The position numbers and the translations under genes were made by a program. From the NCBI RefSeq assembly GCF_006345805.1, contig NC_043014.1, forward strand, positions 39,432,001 to 39,496,000: a DNA stretch of 64,000 nucleotides. The letters are read 5' to 3'. Origin of the DNA: Octopus sinensis (taxonomy: Eukaryota). Numbering within the stretch: the stretch's first letter is position 1; every line of letters starts with the position of its first letter. Below the pieces are notes generated by a model. It saw nothing but the letters and a program-made list of their open reading frames with translations. It made no database searches and was not told where the DNA came from. Below, piece after piece: positions 11,116 through 26,073 of the stretch.

Positions 11116-12011
11116 TTAATACATACATACACACATGCACACACAAACATATATATGTGCGTGCATATATATATATAAATATGCATATATATATATATAC
11201 ATATATATATGCATACATATATATACATATATATATGCATACATATACATACATATATATATGCATACATATACATATAGACATATATATAATTGCATGT
11301 TTATACATATATGCATATATATCATATATATATAAGTACATTTACACATATCTACATAGGTTTGTATATATATGTACATATATATATGTATATATATCTA
11401 TGAACTTTAAAAAAATGTGAATAAATATGCATTAGATTTGACAGAATATCTCTGTGGAACAATTTTTGTCCTTGAGTGGCAACTGTTATTTCCTATTTGC
11501 TTATCTCTAGAAAGTATCAAAGATGGCTAATATTTCCTTTAAATTTTGCATTTGTAACATTTATTCAAATCCCAAAGAATCCTTCTCAACACATGGCTAT
11601 GATGTGTCCTTCACTACGCCTGCTCGTGATCAGAGATGCACATATTGCCAACCACTAAGGGACATGCTCAAATGGTTATGGTCAAGCAATTGATAAACAA
11701 ATCTGTGATATTGAGAAGAATATTTGCAATAACAATATTTCTGCTTCAGCAATTCAGTGCTGAATCTGTCTGAAATGTAATGGAAAATAGGTCATTTTCA
11801 AAACATTGATGTCCAGGTGACAAAAGCAAACTTTGAAGGGAACAGTAGTCATTTCCTTTGATTTCTAGATAAAATTAAATAGGAAATAACACTTACAAAT
11901 CAGACGAAAAAATAAATAAAATCCGTAATCTGAATGCTAAAGGGTTGAAACAGAAAGTTTGTATCATACAACGAAGGACAGTTTCAGGCAGCTTGGTACC
12001 AAAAGGGTTAA
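10678..12011. mobile_element. piggyBac-like MITE with nested insertions
   Basis: TTAA-CCCTTTTGTTACC ... GGTACCAAAAGGG-TTAA; contains a second MITE-like segment ending aatgctaaaggg and a microsatellite cassette. Confidence 0.55.
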
Positions 12012-12457
12012 AAATTCAATCAGATTTAAACAAACAAAATAAATATAAGTTTCAAATATCTTTTAATGAAGAAAAAATTACTAAAAACAAACTTTTATTT
12101 TTGAATAATATGAAATCAATGTTTATTAAATTTAAAACAATGTTTATATCAAAGATAATATATTTAATAGTTAAAATTGTTTTCTAGGTTAAGGAGATAT
12201 ATTGTCAGAAAAGAATTTCATAAAAAAATAACTAAAATTCAAAAACATTTGTATATTGAAATTATCGAAAATATCAACATCTAAAAAATATTTTTCCTGG
12301 TTTCTTTTGGGAGGAAGACCTAATGTTTCATTTGAGTTCTTGTACTGTAGAGGGGCACAGTGTATTTTAATGTGGTATGTTTATATGTTGTACTGTATAT
12401 TGATGTATGTTTAATGTTACTATAGTACATACATACATATATACACACACACTATAT

Positions 12458-12489
<32 letters not shown>

Positions 12490-12526
12490 CACATACTATA
12501 TGTATATACATATATGTACATAATAG

Positions 12527-12680
12527 AAATATCTATAAATATATATTTATATATGTATAAATATCTATAGATATATATTTATATATGTATAAATATCTAT
12601 AAATATATATTTATATATGAATAAATATCTATAAATATATATTTATATATGAATAAATATCTATAAATATATTTATTTAT
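12527..12680. repeat. 32-bp AT-rich tandem repeat, ~5 copies
   Basis: Unit aaatatctataaatatatatttatatatgtat. Confidence 0.8.
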
Positions 12681-12681
12681 A

Positions 12682-12732
<51 letters not shown>

Positions 12733-12780
12733 ACATATATATATATATATATATACACATATATACTTTAATATACACAC

Positions 12781-12825
<45 letters not shown>

Positions 12826-13056
12826 GGCGTGCAGACACACGCATTTATATACATTATATAAACACACACATATATTTATTACATGTGTATGTGTGTTTGT
12901 ATCTTCATTTGTACGCATATATATATATATATATAAATATTTATATATGGACATCTCTATAAATTTGTGTGTATATACGTATATGTATTTTTATTTGTTT
13001 ATATTTGTATGTATATATTTAAATATATATATTTGTATATGTATGTGTGTGTATGC

Positions 13057-13107
<51 letters not shown>

Positions 13108-15984
13108 TATATTTATAATAAGACACACATACACTATAGTGTAATATTGATGTGGGACCTGATTGACAGTAGTGTTGAATAATGCACAGTAGTAAGAGTA
13201 ATAATATCGAAAAGTAAGTTGCAGTACATTGAAAGATACTGAACTTTATCAAAGTGGTATATTGTTGTTAGTATATACTACTGTTCTGTAGCAGATGTAC
13301 TAGGGTAAGGCATCTTATATTGCAGTGGGAGATATATTACACAGAGTTTTAAAAGCAAGAATTGGCTTTTCATCGTTAAGCTTCCCACATTATCTTCCTC
13401 AGCTTCTCCACTTACTAAACAGTATTTTAATGAGATCTTTGTTCCTCTCCATACTTTATGTTGTGTAGATATACAAAAATTAGTTTTTAACACTCCCTTT
13501 TTATGTTCCTTGGAGCATTTCGTTACCTGCTTCTCAATTCTGGGGCCAAATATTAATATCTATGCAGCCATAGAAGATAATTAGTTTTAGGATATTTAAA
13601 CTCTTATGTTAACAAAAACGTTTATTTTATTGTCAGCATCAAAAGTAGAAATTTCTAAAAGTAATTTCATCATCAGAGACTACCCACCAGATAATTATTT
13701 GGCAAATTATTTTATCGTTATCATTTGTGTCATCATTTTTGCCATCACTGGTTTACGGTCCCTTTTCCTTTTCACCGAGTAAAATCATGGCTTGATCAAA
13801 GTCTATATATTTAAACAACTATCCTTTGTCATCTTACTAATGAAAAACTTAACTTTTTAAACTTACATGTAACAACTTCTTACAAAGTGTCTGCTAGCTA
13901 TCATTACTATCATTCTTCTAATATTCTCTTTCTCTTTAATAATTTCTTTGCCTTACATATCAATAACCAGCTCTCAAGCTGCTATTTTAGCCCTTCCCCA
14001 TCAAATCATGATTCTTCTTCATATAACACCATATATTTAACTCATACATCATATAACCCAAAGTCTCATCTATTGAGACAGCATACTTTTTTCAATACTT
14101 CCATTGAAGCTCTTTGCCTAGCACTTCATACCCTAAACAACACATTATCACGAGCTTCAGCCCTAGCACTAATTGTCCAAATAATGAATTGGTCTGCTCT
14201 GTTCAGTAAACTATTCAAGTAGCCAATGAGCTTCATTGTTCACACTATTAGTAACACAAGTGTATGTAGCACTGAAGTATTTGTCCTTTTTTTATGACAA
14301 TCTGAATAAAGTTAGAGCCAACTATGTCAATTAAGTGACTAATTTACCAGTCAAAGGGTGAATGTGTAATATCCTATTGCAGTACTGTTCTGAATTTGTG
14401 GCCAAGAAAATTAGCTCTTTCTGGCTCAGACCACCTAATTTTAAATAGGTGACATTGGCTAAACATATTTATTAAGTAACCAGAAACAGCTTTTCCTCCA
14501 GTACTCAAACCAGAGTCCCCATCATAGCCAATTCCCAGAGATAACTAGAACTTCCATTGTAACCATGTCTAAAATTGGGACCCTTTGCACTGACCCCTTT
14601 TTAACCCAGGTTTCATACTTTCTTGCACTACTTTGATCAATTCTATAAAAATGAATAAATCAACTACAGCAGAAATTCTTCTTTATAATTTTCCAAGATA
14701 TGGATAAAAAAAAAGAGATGAGCATTGTTAAATGCCTACTCAACATTGAATCCTACTTTTAGTTCACACTCATACATGCTCTAAACTGTTCATACAAGCT
14801 ATTCACATACACCTAAATGTTATTGTCCATTAGACTACATAATGTTGAGGTTTTCTCACAACAGCAATCTCACTAGTATCTGTCTCACAAATACAAATGC
14901 TTAATGTTAAAGTGGATTACATAGATTTCAGAGAAGACACATACATTAAATAATGGGGTGATTTATTCTGATTGTATAACTTTAACAGAAGTACTGTATT
15001 AGTTGCTATGTAAACAACACAATATCAAAATATACTTCAAATTCTTCATGGCAACGAGACATCATACTTTAGGATTTCCTTAAGAGCTTATTAGTCAATC
15101 GAATTGGTATGGATACAATAGTTGGTCATTCCTAAATACACTAGAATTGGTCAACAAAAATATCTCTCTGGACAACAGACACTGAACCCAGATTATGAGG
15201 CAATAAAGATTAGTACTCCTAACCAGCAAAAATGATGTAAAAAAACAATTATATACAAAACTTGAAAAGTTATATAATTTTCACTGGTTAAATTGTTAAA
15301 AAATATCATGCTTTCACATCTGTGTTTAATAAATTCTTTTTTATGGAAGTTATCCAGTTTAATTTTCTTTTAATGATTTTTTTTAAAGAATAATTTTAGT
15401 AATTTCATTTTTAGATACTATTTAAATGAGTAAAGTGATTTATAGCATTAAATGACCCAGTTGTTAATGGTAGTTATTAATCTAATTGTTTTGAAGGTTA
15501 CAGCTACATAATCAATCCATAGATAACTCCAAGACACTCCAATTTACAACACTCTTCTATTCTAACTCAAACTACTTCAATAATGCCTGTTTTCATGCAA
15601 TTCTTTTCTACAAGGTTAGTTTGATTTATGACAGAAACCAATCATCATAATATTTTAAATACTGACTTTTTGCATAAGCTTCAAGTAACGGATTTCATAG
15701 TTGCAATGCAAGAAATTGCAAAAGTATGGTATCATACCCTTCCTGCTTGCATTCACAGTGAAAGTGAAATATAGATCTCACCAAGAATCAAAGCTGGATT
15801 GTGAAAGGCAGTCATCAAAAATATTCTGAATTATTAATCTAAAAAAATCATCCTGAGCAGAGTAGATGCTAATTATATGTAAATTGGCTTTAATTAATGA
15901 TTGGAGCCATTTTAATCTACCAGTTTTCTAAAGAATATAAAACATAAGGACTTTTAATTTCTTCTCTCCTAAAAGTCTCAGGTT

Positions 15985-16221
15985 TCATATATATATATAT
16001 ACACATACATGTATATATATTATTTATATATATATGTGTATATATATAGAAATACACACACAATACATGTATATATATTAATTAATATAGAGGTGTATAT
16101 GTATATCTATAATATATATCTATTAATATACATATATATATATATATATTATATATATTTATTATATATATTATAATACATATATTATGTTTTATATATT
16201 ATAAGTTTATGGTATATATAA

Positions 16222-16270
<49 letters not shown>

Positions 16271-16390
16271 CATAATATTATTATATATGTACACATACAT
16301 ATCTATACATATGTGTAATACATACATATATCGATTGTATATATATTTATGTGTAATAAATATTAATACATATATATGTTTGTGCATGTG

Positions 16391-16423
<33 letters not shown>

Positions 16424-17024
16424 ATACATATATATATAGTATATTATATATGTGTGTGGTTTGTATAGACATAATGTATATATATATATATATATAATAT
16501 ATTATACATACTATATATATCTATGTGTGTGTGTGTATTTATCATATATATATATATATATATATATATAGATATATATAGATATATAATATATATAATA
16601 ATGGTTGTTTGTATATATATTATGCTGTTTACATGAATAAAATGATTGCCCATCAAAACATTTCATTGGCAGTAAAAACATGTTTGATAGCCAGACAACT
16701 GGCATGAGAGCTTACCTGTAAGCTCTGTTTGATTCTTTGAACCTCTAATCCTGTGGTTTTAATATATATCTATATATATATATATATCTATCACACACAC
16801 ACATATATATATATTACAATATATGAATACATACATACATACACACATGCCACACACAAACATATATATGTGCATAATATATACATATAAGATATGCATA
16901 TAACATAAATAAATATACATATATATGTGCATACATATACATATAGACATATATATAACTTACATATAGACATATATATAACTTACAATACATAAATGCA
17001 TGTTTATACATATATGCATATATA

Positions 17025-17063
<39 letters not shown>

Positions 17064-17252
17064 ATATGTGTATATAAGTACATTTACACATATCTACATA
17101 GGTTGGATAATATGTACATATATATATATCTATGCATACATAAATATATACATGCATATATAAATATATATATATGCATATGCATATTAAATATATGTAT
17201 GCAATATATAAACTACATATGCATATATATATGTATATGCATATATATAGAT

Positions 17253-17286
<34 letters not shown>

Positions 17287-17668
17287 ATGTATATGCATAT
17301 ATATATATATATATAGTATATATACTTACATTATTATATATGTATATGCATATATATATATCTATATATATATATCTAATATATAACAATATATATGCAT
17401 ATATATATACTTATCTATTTATATATATAATAATATATATATATATATATATTCATATAAACTTACAATAATGCATAGATATTATGGATATGCCATATTA
17501 TATATATATATATATATATATAATACATTATATGCATATATATATACTTATATATCTCTATATATATATATATATAGATATATATAATATATATTCATCA
17601 CTTCATATGCATATTATATGTATATGCATATATATATCTATATATATATAATATATATACATATACTG

Positions 17669-17712
<44 letters not shown>

Positions 17713-18008
17713 TATATAATATATGCATATATATATACTTATATATATATATATATATGTATATATACTATATATATATATCTTAATATTATATATATTC
17801 TATACTTATATATTATATATACTTATATATTATATACTATATATATATATCTCTCTATATAATATATATATTGTATATTATATACATATATATCTTATAT
17901 ATATATATCTATATATATATATATATATATACTTATGCTTATATGTATATATATATCTCTATATATCCTATATATACTATTATATCAGATTATATATATA
18001 TATATAGC

Positions 18009-18041
<33 letters not shown>

Positions 18042-18387
18042 ATATGTATATATACATATATGCATATATAATACTTAATATATATATATTCATATATTCA
18101 TATAATATACATATAATACGTATATATATATATTCATATATATATGTATATTACATATATTATTCATATATATGTAATATACCATACATATATGCATATA
18201 TATACTTAGATATATATATATATATATATATATATTCATATCTGTAATAATACTCATATATTATATATATATATATATATATTCATATATATATATATAT
18301 ATACTCATATATATATATTATATATTCCTATATATATTTACTCATATATATATAATAATATACTCATATATAATATATATATATATA

Positions 18388-18431
<44 letters not shown>

Positions 18432-18635
18432 TATATACTTATAATATATATATAAGTATATTACCATATATGTATATATATATAAATACACAACACACAT
18501 AATGTATATATATTAATTATATATAGAGGTGTATATGTATATATATATATATTATATATATATTACATATATATATATTAATTAATATATATATTAATGT
18601 ATATATATATATATACATATATTAGTTATATATAA

Positions 18636-18682
<47 letters not shown>

Positions 18683-18806
18683 ATATACATACATATATTA
18701 ATTATATATGTACACATACATAATATATACATATGTGTATACATACAATATATCGATTGTATATATATTATGTGTATATAAATATTAATACATATATATG
18801 TTTGGG

Positions 18807-18851
<45 letters not shown>

Positions 18852-18887
18852 TATATTAATTATATATGTGTGTGTGTATATATACAT

Positions 18888-18927
<40 letters not shown>

Positions 18928-18949
18928 TATATATATATATGTGTGTGTG

Positions 18950-19010
<61 letters not shown>

Positions 19011-19167
19011 CAGATGGTTGTTGTAAATATATAATTATGCTGTTACATAATAAAGATGATTGCCCATCAAAACATTTCATTGGCAGTAAAAACATTGTTG
19101 ATAGCCAGACAACTGGCAGAGAGCTTACCTGTAAGCTCTGTTTGATTCTTTGAACCTCTAATCCTGT

Positions 19168-19216
<49 letters not shown>

Positions 19217-19450
19217 TATATATATATACACATATATGAATACATACATACATACACACATGCACACACACAAACATATATATGTGCATAATATATAATC
19301 ATCTATATATATGCATATGTCTCATTACTAATATATCATATCATATATATACTATAGACATATATATAATATATATCTTACATATAGACATATATCATTG
19401 TTTATATATAACTTTACAATTTTACATATATGCATATATATCATATAATA

Positions 19451-19489
<39 letters not shown>

Positions 19490-19850
19490 ATATAAGTACA
19501 TTTACACATATCTACATAGGTTTGTATATATATGTACATATATATATATCTATGCATACATAAATATATACATGCATATATAAATATATATATGCTATGC
19601 TATGTAAATATATGTATGCATATATAAACTTACATATGCATATATATATGTTATGCATATATATATATATATATATATATATAAATTACATATGCATATA
19701 TATATGTATTGCATATATATATATATATATATTATAGATAAATTTACATATGTAGATATGGTATAGCATCATATATATATATAGTATATATATATATATA
19801 TAGATAGACATATATATGCATAGATATACGACTAGATATATATAGATATT

Positions 19851-19881
<31 letters not shown>

Positions 19882-20039
19882 ACTTACATAGCATATATAT
19901 ATGTATATGCTATATATATAGATAGATATATATATATAACATAGTATGCATATAGATACTTATTATATATATATATAGATATATATAGATATATTAATAT
20001 ATATATTCATATAAACTACATAGATATATATATGTATAG

Positions 20040-20079
<40 letters not shown>

Positions 20080-20655
20080 TTGGGCATATATATATACTCT
20101 AATATATATATAATATATATATATCTATATATTATAGTATCTATTATATATATATTATAACTAATATATATATACATATATATATATATACTTATATATA
20201 TATTATACTTATAATATATATATATATATATTATATATATATATATATACTATATTATATATCTATATATACTATATATATATATATATATATATTCATA
20301 TGTATATATACATATAATATACTTATATATATATATATGAATATAATGGTATATATACATATATGCTATATATACTATATATATATATGATATATACATA
20401 TATGCAGATATACTATATATATATATTATATTCATATATATATGTATATATACATATATATCTACTATATATATTATGTATATATACATATATGCATATA
20501 TATACTTATATATCTATATATATTCATATTTGATATATATATACATATATATTACTTATATATATCTATTCTATATATATGTATATATACATATATATTC
20601 ATATATATGTATATATACATACATATATGCATATATATACTTAATATAATATATA

Positions 20656-20708
<53 letters not shown>

Positions 20709-20725
20709 TCATCTATATATATATA

Positions 20726-20757
<32 letters not shown>

Positions 20758-20758
20758 C

Positions 20759-20791
<33 letters not shown>

Positions 20792-20880
20792 TATTATATA
20801 ACTTATATATATATATATAAGTATATATATGCATAGATATATATTATATAAATACATACCACATATATTATAATATATTA
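15985..20880. repeat. ~4.9-kb degenerate (TA)n/(CA)n field with internal duplications
   Basis: Almost pure A/T dinucleotide sequence; idiosyncratic motifs at 16040-17150 recur at 18480-19680. Confidence 0.9.
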
Positions 20881-21628
20881 CATATATAAGATATGAGAAG
20901 AATGTATTATGATAATCGAATTAATATTTGGATAAACTCCCATAAAGAAGTTTTTATATATTAGATATACTTAAAAATTCACACAAAAAGTAATGAATAC
21001 ACTTATGTAAATCATAATCCAAAATTTATAACATGCTATATTAAAATAGAAAGCTCATAAATACTAAGAATTCTATGAAATTTACTTATTGTTTTTGTTT
21101 TTTGTTCCTTCCTGCCACTTATGAAAACAATTTGGTCATTGTTTCTAAAGTTACATTATTACATACAGTAAGATGAGACTGTAAAAGAGAATCATGCTTG
21201 GTCATGTGATCAAGAATCAATTGAAATTCCTCATTAGTGAAATATTTTTGAAATGAAGCAGATTGAATAATTTTTTGGCCAATTATAAAAAAAAAAAAAG
21301 AAAAAAAAAGAAAAAAAAAGAAAAAAGAAATGATAATACAAATGCGGGGGTCATATAAAGGAATTGAAATATTTGTTGTGACTATTCGATTCCAACTAAT
21401 GAAAAACCGATACAAAATTGGTAAATGTCTTCTGATTGTATTGTCAATTATTATTATTATTTTTTTTTTATTTCATGATTACTGAACTGAAGATATTAAC
21501 TTATATTAAATTATTTCTGAAGAGACACTCTACAACTAGAACTATATTAGTAGACAATAATACATATATGCATACATGCATAGATACATATATATGTGTG
21601 TGTGTACATGTGTGTAGGAATATACACT

Positions 21629-21659
<31 letters not shown>

Positions 21660-21883
21660 AATATTTATATATATATACATACATATATATATAAAAATAT
21701 ATATATACATACATATATATATACATACATATATACATACATACATATATATATATATACATACATACATATATATATAAAATATACATACATGATGATA
21801 TATGATGATGATATATATATATACATAATACATATATATACATACATACATAATACATATATATATACATACATACATACTAA

Positions 21884-21917
<34 letters not shown>

Positions 21918-22047
21918 CATACATATATACATAATACACATATATACATACATATATACTACATACATATATACATATATACATACATACATATATACAA
22001 CATACATATATACATACAACATACATATACATATATATATACATACA

Positions 22048-22079
<32 letters not shown>

Positions 22080-22125
22080 CATATATATATAAATATATAC
22101 ATACATACATATATATAATATATAC

Positions 22126-22158
<33 letters not shown>

Positions 22159-23060
22159 CATACATACATATATATATATATAACGGGAAGCTTTATGAAA
22201 ATAAACAAAAGACGAAGGCAGGTGGAAAACAAACGAACAATTGTATTAGTATGGCGCTCAGGAAATATAAATAAAACAAGTCTTTAACGTTATATATATA
22301 TATATATATATATATGCATTTACACACACACACACACATTCTTGCTTACTTTGTCATTACAGCACTGCATGGATAAGAACAAACTATAGTCTGTAGAATC
22401 CCAAAATAGTAACTTCTTTTCAATAAGAATGGGTAAAATTCTACTGCCATAAGAATTTAATCTTATTCACATGCAGAAGCTTAAAGGTAACACATCTTTC
22501 TTCTGAAATTAGAAAAAATTACACTACAATAAAACGTAATGGAATAGAGACTTGAATTGTAAAATGGAATTAACTAATATATGATTTTTAAAAATATGTG
22601 TTATATTTCACAAAGAAATGAATAATGGTGAATATTTCTATGATTAAACATTAGATATTTAAACCAAATGGCCATTCTTCATTTTTATTAAAAATTTCAT
22701 CTAAATATTTTAACTTATGATGACATTTGATGAGATAAAAGATTTTAGATAACAATTCTCAAAGAAAAAAGCTTTACAGATGTATATTTGTAAAAATTGT
22801 GGCGATTGTTTAAAAAGTGCTTTCATTCCCAAATTGTGTTTTGAACAATTTCTGCAAAAAGAAAATCCAGTGTAACCAGGAATGGAAAAGTGGTGAATAG
22901 CAAGGGCTTTTTCATTGAATATACCATCTTGGCAAAAGCTTGAAATGTTTTACACATAAAGTGTAAAGAATGGAGTTTTGCCTTTATTATTCCTCAGTTA
23001 CAAGTCATAAACTATAATAATAGCATTTGTTGCTGCTGCCGTTTAACAGTATGTTTTTTC

Positions 23061-23287
23061 TCAACAAGATTTCACCTCTTCAATTTCTTCATCACTAAGT
23101 TCTTCCTCAATTTTCTCATCTATTACTGCTTCATTTGGACTTGTGATTATTTCTCTTTGTATCCGGTGCCGCCGTTTTGCAATTGGAGGGATGTATAGAA
23201 TAAAATGCAGCAAACCTCCACATATAATCAGTATTCCACCCATTTGAAATGCTGAGTCGTATTTTTTGGTTGAATCATATATAGCAC
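23061..23287 (-). CDS. SLC16A: SLC16/MCT terminal coding exon (TM12 and acidic C-tail)
   Basis: tttcacag|GT GCT ATA TAT GAT...: GAIYDSTKKYDSAFQMGGILIICGGLLHFILYIPPIAKRRHRIQREIITSPNEAVIDEKIEEELSDEEIEEVKSC*, TGA at 23063-23061. Confidence 0.92.
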
Positions 23288-23639
23288 CTGTGAAACGAGA
23301 ACAGCATAAAAGAAAAAATCATTAACAAAATTATACTTTGTCTAATAATAAGTGGATTGCTTATAAGGTGGCAAGCTGGCAGACACCTAGGCATATCAGA
23401 TAAAATGCTTAGTGACATTTCATTCATCTTTATGTTCTGAGTTCAAATTCCACCAAGGTTGACTTTACCTTTTATCCTCCTAGAGTTGATAAAATAGGTA
23501 CCAGTCAAGCACAGGGGGCAATGTAATCAAGTAGCCCCTTCTCCGAAATTGCTGGCCTTGTGTCAAAATTTGAAATCAATAAGTAGTAAAAAATTTACAC
23601 CTAGTAAAATGGGCAATACTAGTAGCAGGAAGAGAAGGT

Positions 23640-24890
23640 AAAAATGTGGATGAAAAGTGAACAATTTAGTATTTCAGTCAAAGACATGAAAAAATTGTTG
23701 TATGGATCTGTCAAAACCCATGATGATGATGGCAATGAGAATTTCAAAGAACAGTGGGATAATAATAATAAAACTATTAAAATGAAAGTGAAAGTTGAGA
23801 AGGAGTACATCAAAAGTATGAAGAAGTTAAGAAAGTCAAAGTTAAATGGCCTGAATATAGGGAAAGCTGTAAATACTTGAGCAGTATTACTACTTAGATA
23901 TGCAGCAGCTTTTGTAGATTGGACAAAATTTGAATAAGCAAAACAGGACAGAAGAACTGGGAGGGAATTCAATATGAATGGAGAACTTCATCCAAGGGCA
24001 GGAGTAGCAAGACTATATTTACCTAGAAAGGAAGGTGGTAGAGGTTTAATATCAACAGAAGACTGTGCAGAGTTAGCTAGAGTAGATATAGCCTTCTATG
24101 TCGGTAATAGTGAAGAAAGTTTATTAAGAGCTACAAGAGTCACAGTAGGACATAGGGAAACCAAAAAGCTAAATGAAGTTGAAAACCAGAAAAAAGAAGA
24201 AAGATTATCTGATTGGCAAAAGAAGGCTTTGCATAGCATATTTCCAAAGATAGTAGCAGAAAATAGAAATAGTGAGGCATGCTTGAAGTTGCAGAAAGAA
24301 AGGCTGAAAAGGGAGACAGAAAGTTTGTAAGTAGCAGCACAAGATCAAACATTGAAGACTAATTGGTTAAAAGCCAAGATAGACAAAAATCTGGTATATT
24401 CCCAATGTAGGTTATGTAAATCAAAGGAGGAAAGTGTTACTCATATAGTTAGTGAATATGGTATGATGGCACAGAAAGAATACAAGAAAAGATGTGATAA
24501 CCTAAGGACGATAATCCACTGGAAGTTATGTAGAAAGCTAGGATTTGACCTTACTGATAAATGGTATAAACATGAACTTATTAAAGTGTCAGAAAGATTT
24601 TAACATTCAGACTGACAGATTAATAGAAGCTAGAAGGCCTCATTTAGTAGTAATAGGCAAAGAGAATAGAAAGTACCAGGTAATTGATTTGACAGTCCCA
24701 AATGATGAGAGGTATAGAGAAAATAGCAAAGTACCACGACCTAACCATTGAGTTATAGAGACTATGGAGAGTGCGGGTAAAATGTATCCCTATAGTTATA
24801 GGTGAATTAGGATAGAGGTATAAAACCTAGTTTAGTGCAGCTCCAGAAAACAGTATTATTAAGGACAGCTAAGATACTTAGGAAGGTAAA
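23640..24890 (+). mobile_element. 5'-truncated R4/Dong-like non-LTR retrotransposon (RLE type), degraded, in the last MCT intron
   Basis: KLNGLNIGKAVNT...LHPRAGVARLYLPRKEGGRGL, zinc knuckle CRLCKSKEESVTHIVSE, RLE-like RRPHLVVI...IDLTVPND, IPIVIGELG, terminal LQKTVLLRTAKILRKV; in-frame stops. Confidence 0.85.
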
Positions 24891-25259
24891 TTCTTGTAGC
24901 CCAATTTTAGGAATTTTTTTCCAACAGTCTAATCTGTTGTACACAAATGCAATAATAAATTGCTTCAAATTTTGTCGCAAGGCCAGCTGTTTTGGGGGCA
25001 AAGGGTTAGTTGATTTCATCAATCCCAGTACTTGACTGATACTTTATTTTATCAACCCCAAAAGGATGACAACCAAAGTTGACTTTAGCAGGATTTGAAC
25101 TCAGAATGTAAAAAGTTGGAAAAAATATCAAAATTATTTTTTCTTAACAATTCTGCCAGATCACCATTCTTATAATAAGAGTAATAGTAATAAAAATTCT
25201 TTTTACTGAAGGCACAAGACCTTAAGTTTTGGTGGTGGAGACTAGTCAATTACAATTGA

Positions 25260-25745
25260 CTGTGGAGAGAGGAAAGGCAAAGTTGACCTCAACAGAACTT
25301 GAACTCAGAATGTGAGGACAGATGAAATACCTATTTCTTTACTACCCACAAGGGGCTAAACATAGAGAGGGCAAACAAGCACAGACAAACGGATTAAGTC
25401 GATTATATCAACCCCAGTGCGTAACTGGTACTTATTTAATCGACCCCGAAAGGATGAAAGGTAAAGTCAACCTCGACGGAATTTGAACTCAGAACATAAC
25501 AGCAGACAAAATACCTATTTCTTTACTACCCACAAGGGGCTAAACACAGAGAGGACAAACAAGGACAGACAAACGGATTAAGTCGATTATATCGACCCCA
25601 GTGCGTAACTGGTACTTATTTAATCGACCCCAAAAGGATGAAAGGCAAAGTCGACCTCGGCGGAATTTGAACTCAGAAGGTAACGATGGGTGAAATGCCG
25701 CTGAGCATTTCGCCCGGTGTGCTAATGTTTCTGCCAGCTCACAGC
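25260..25745 (-). mobile_element. SINE family A, head plus tandem bodies
   Basis: Reverse complement of the 1006-2067 units, with the same body-body junction. Confidence 0.85.
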
Positions 25746-26037
25746 CTTAACAGATAAAATACCACTAAGTATTTTTTGTCCAGCTTGCAAACAATACTGC
25801 CAACTTGCCACCTTAATAAAATCTTTTCTATGATAGAAACAAGACCGGAAGTTTTAAGGTAGGTGTTTAGTCAATTACATTGACCCTCCAATGCTCAAAT
25901 GGTAATTGTCTTATTGATCCCGAAAAGATGAAAGGCAAAGTAGACCCTGGTGGAATTTGGACCCGGAATATAAAACAAGATGAAAAACCACTAAGCATTT
26001 TAGCCAGCATGCTAATGAGTCTGCAACTCACCACCTT

Positions 26038-26073
<36 letters not shown>

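Noticed and set aside
21119-21415. 98-aa minus-strand ORF with a poly-F stretch
   Set aside because: The poly-F comes from an A-rich tract and there is no acceptor or homology; more likely UTR or intergenic.
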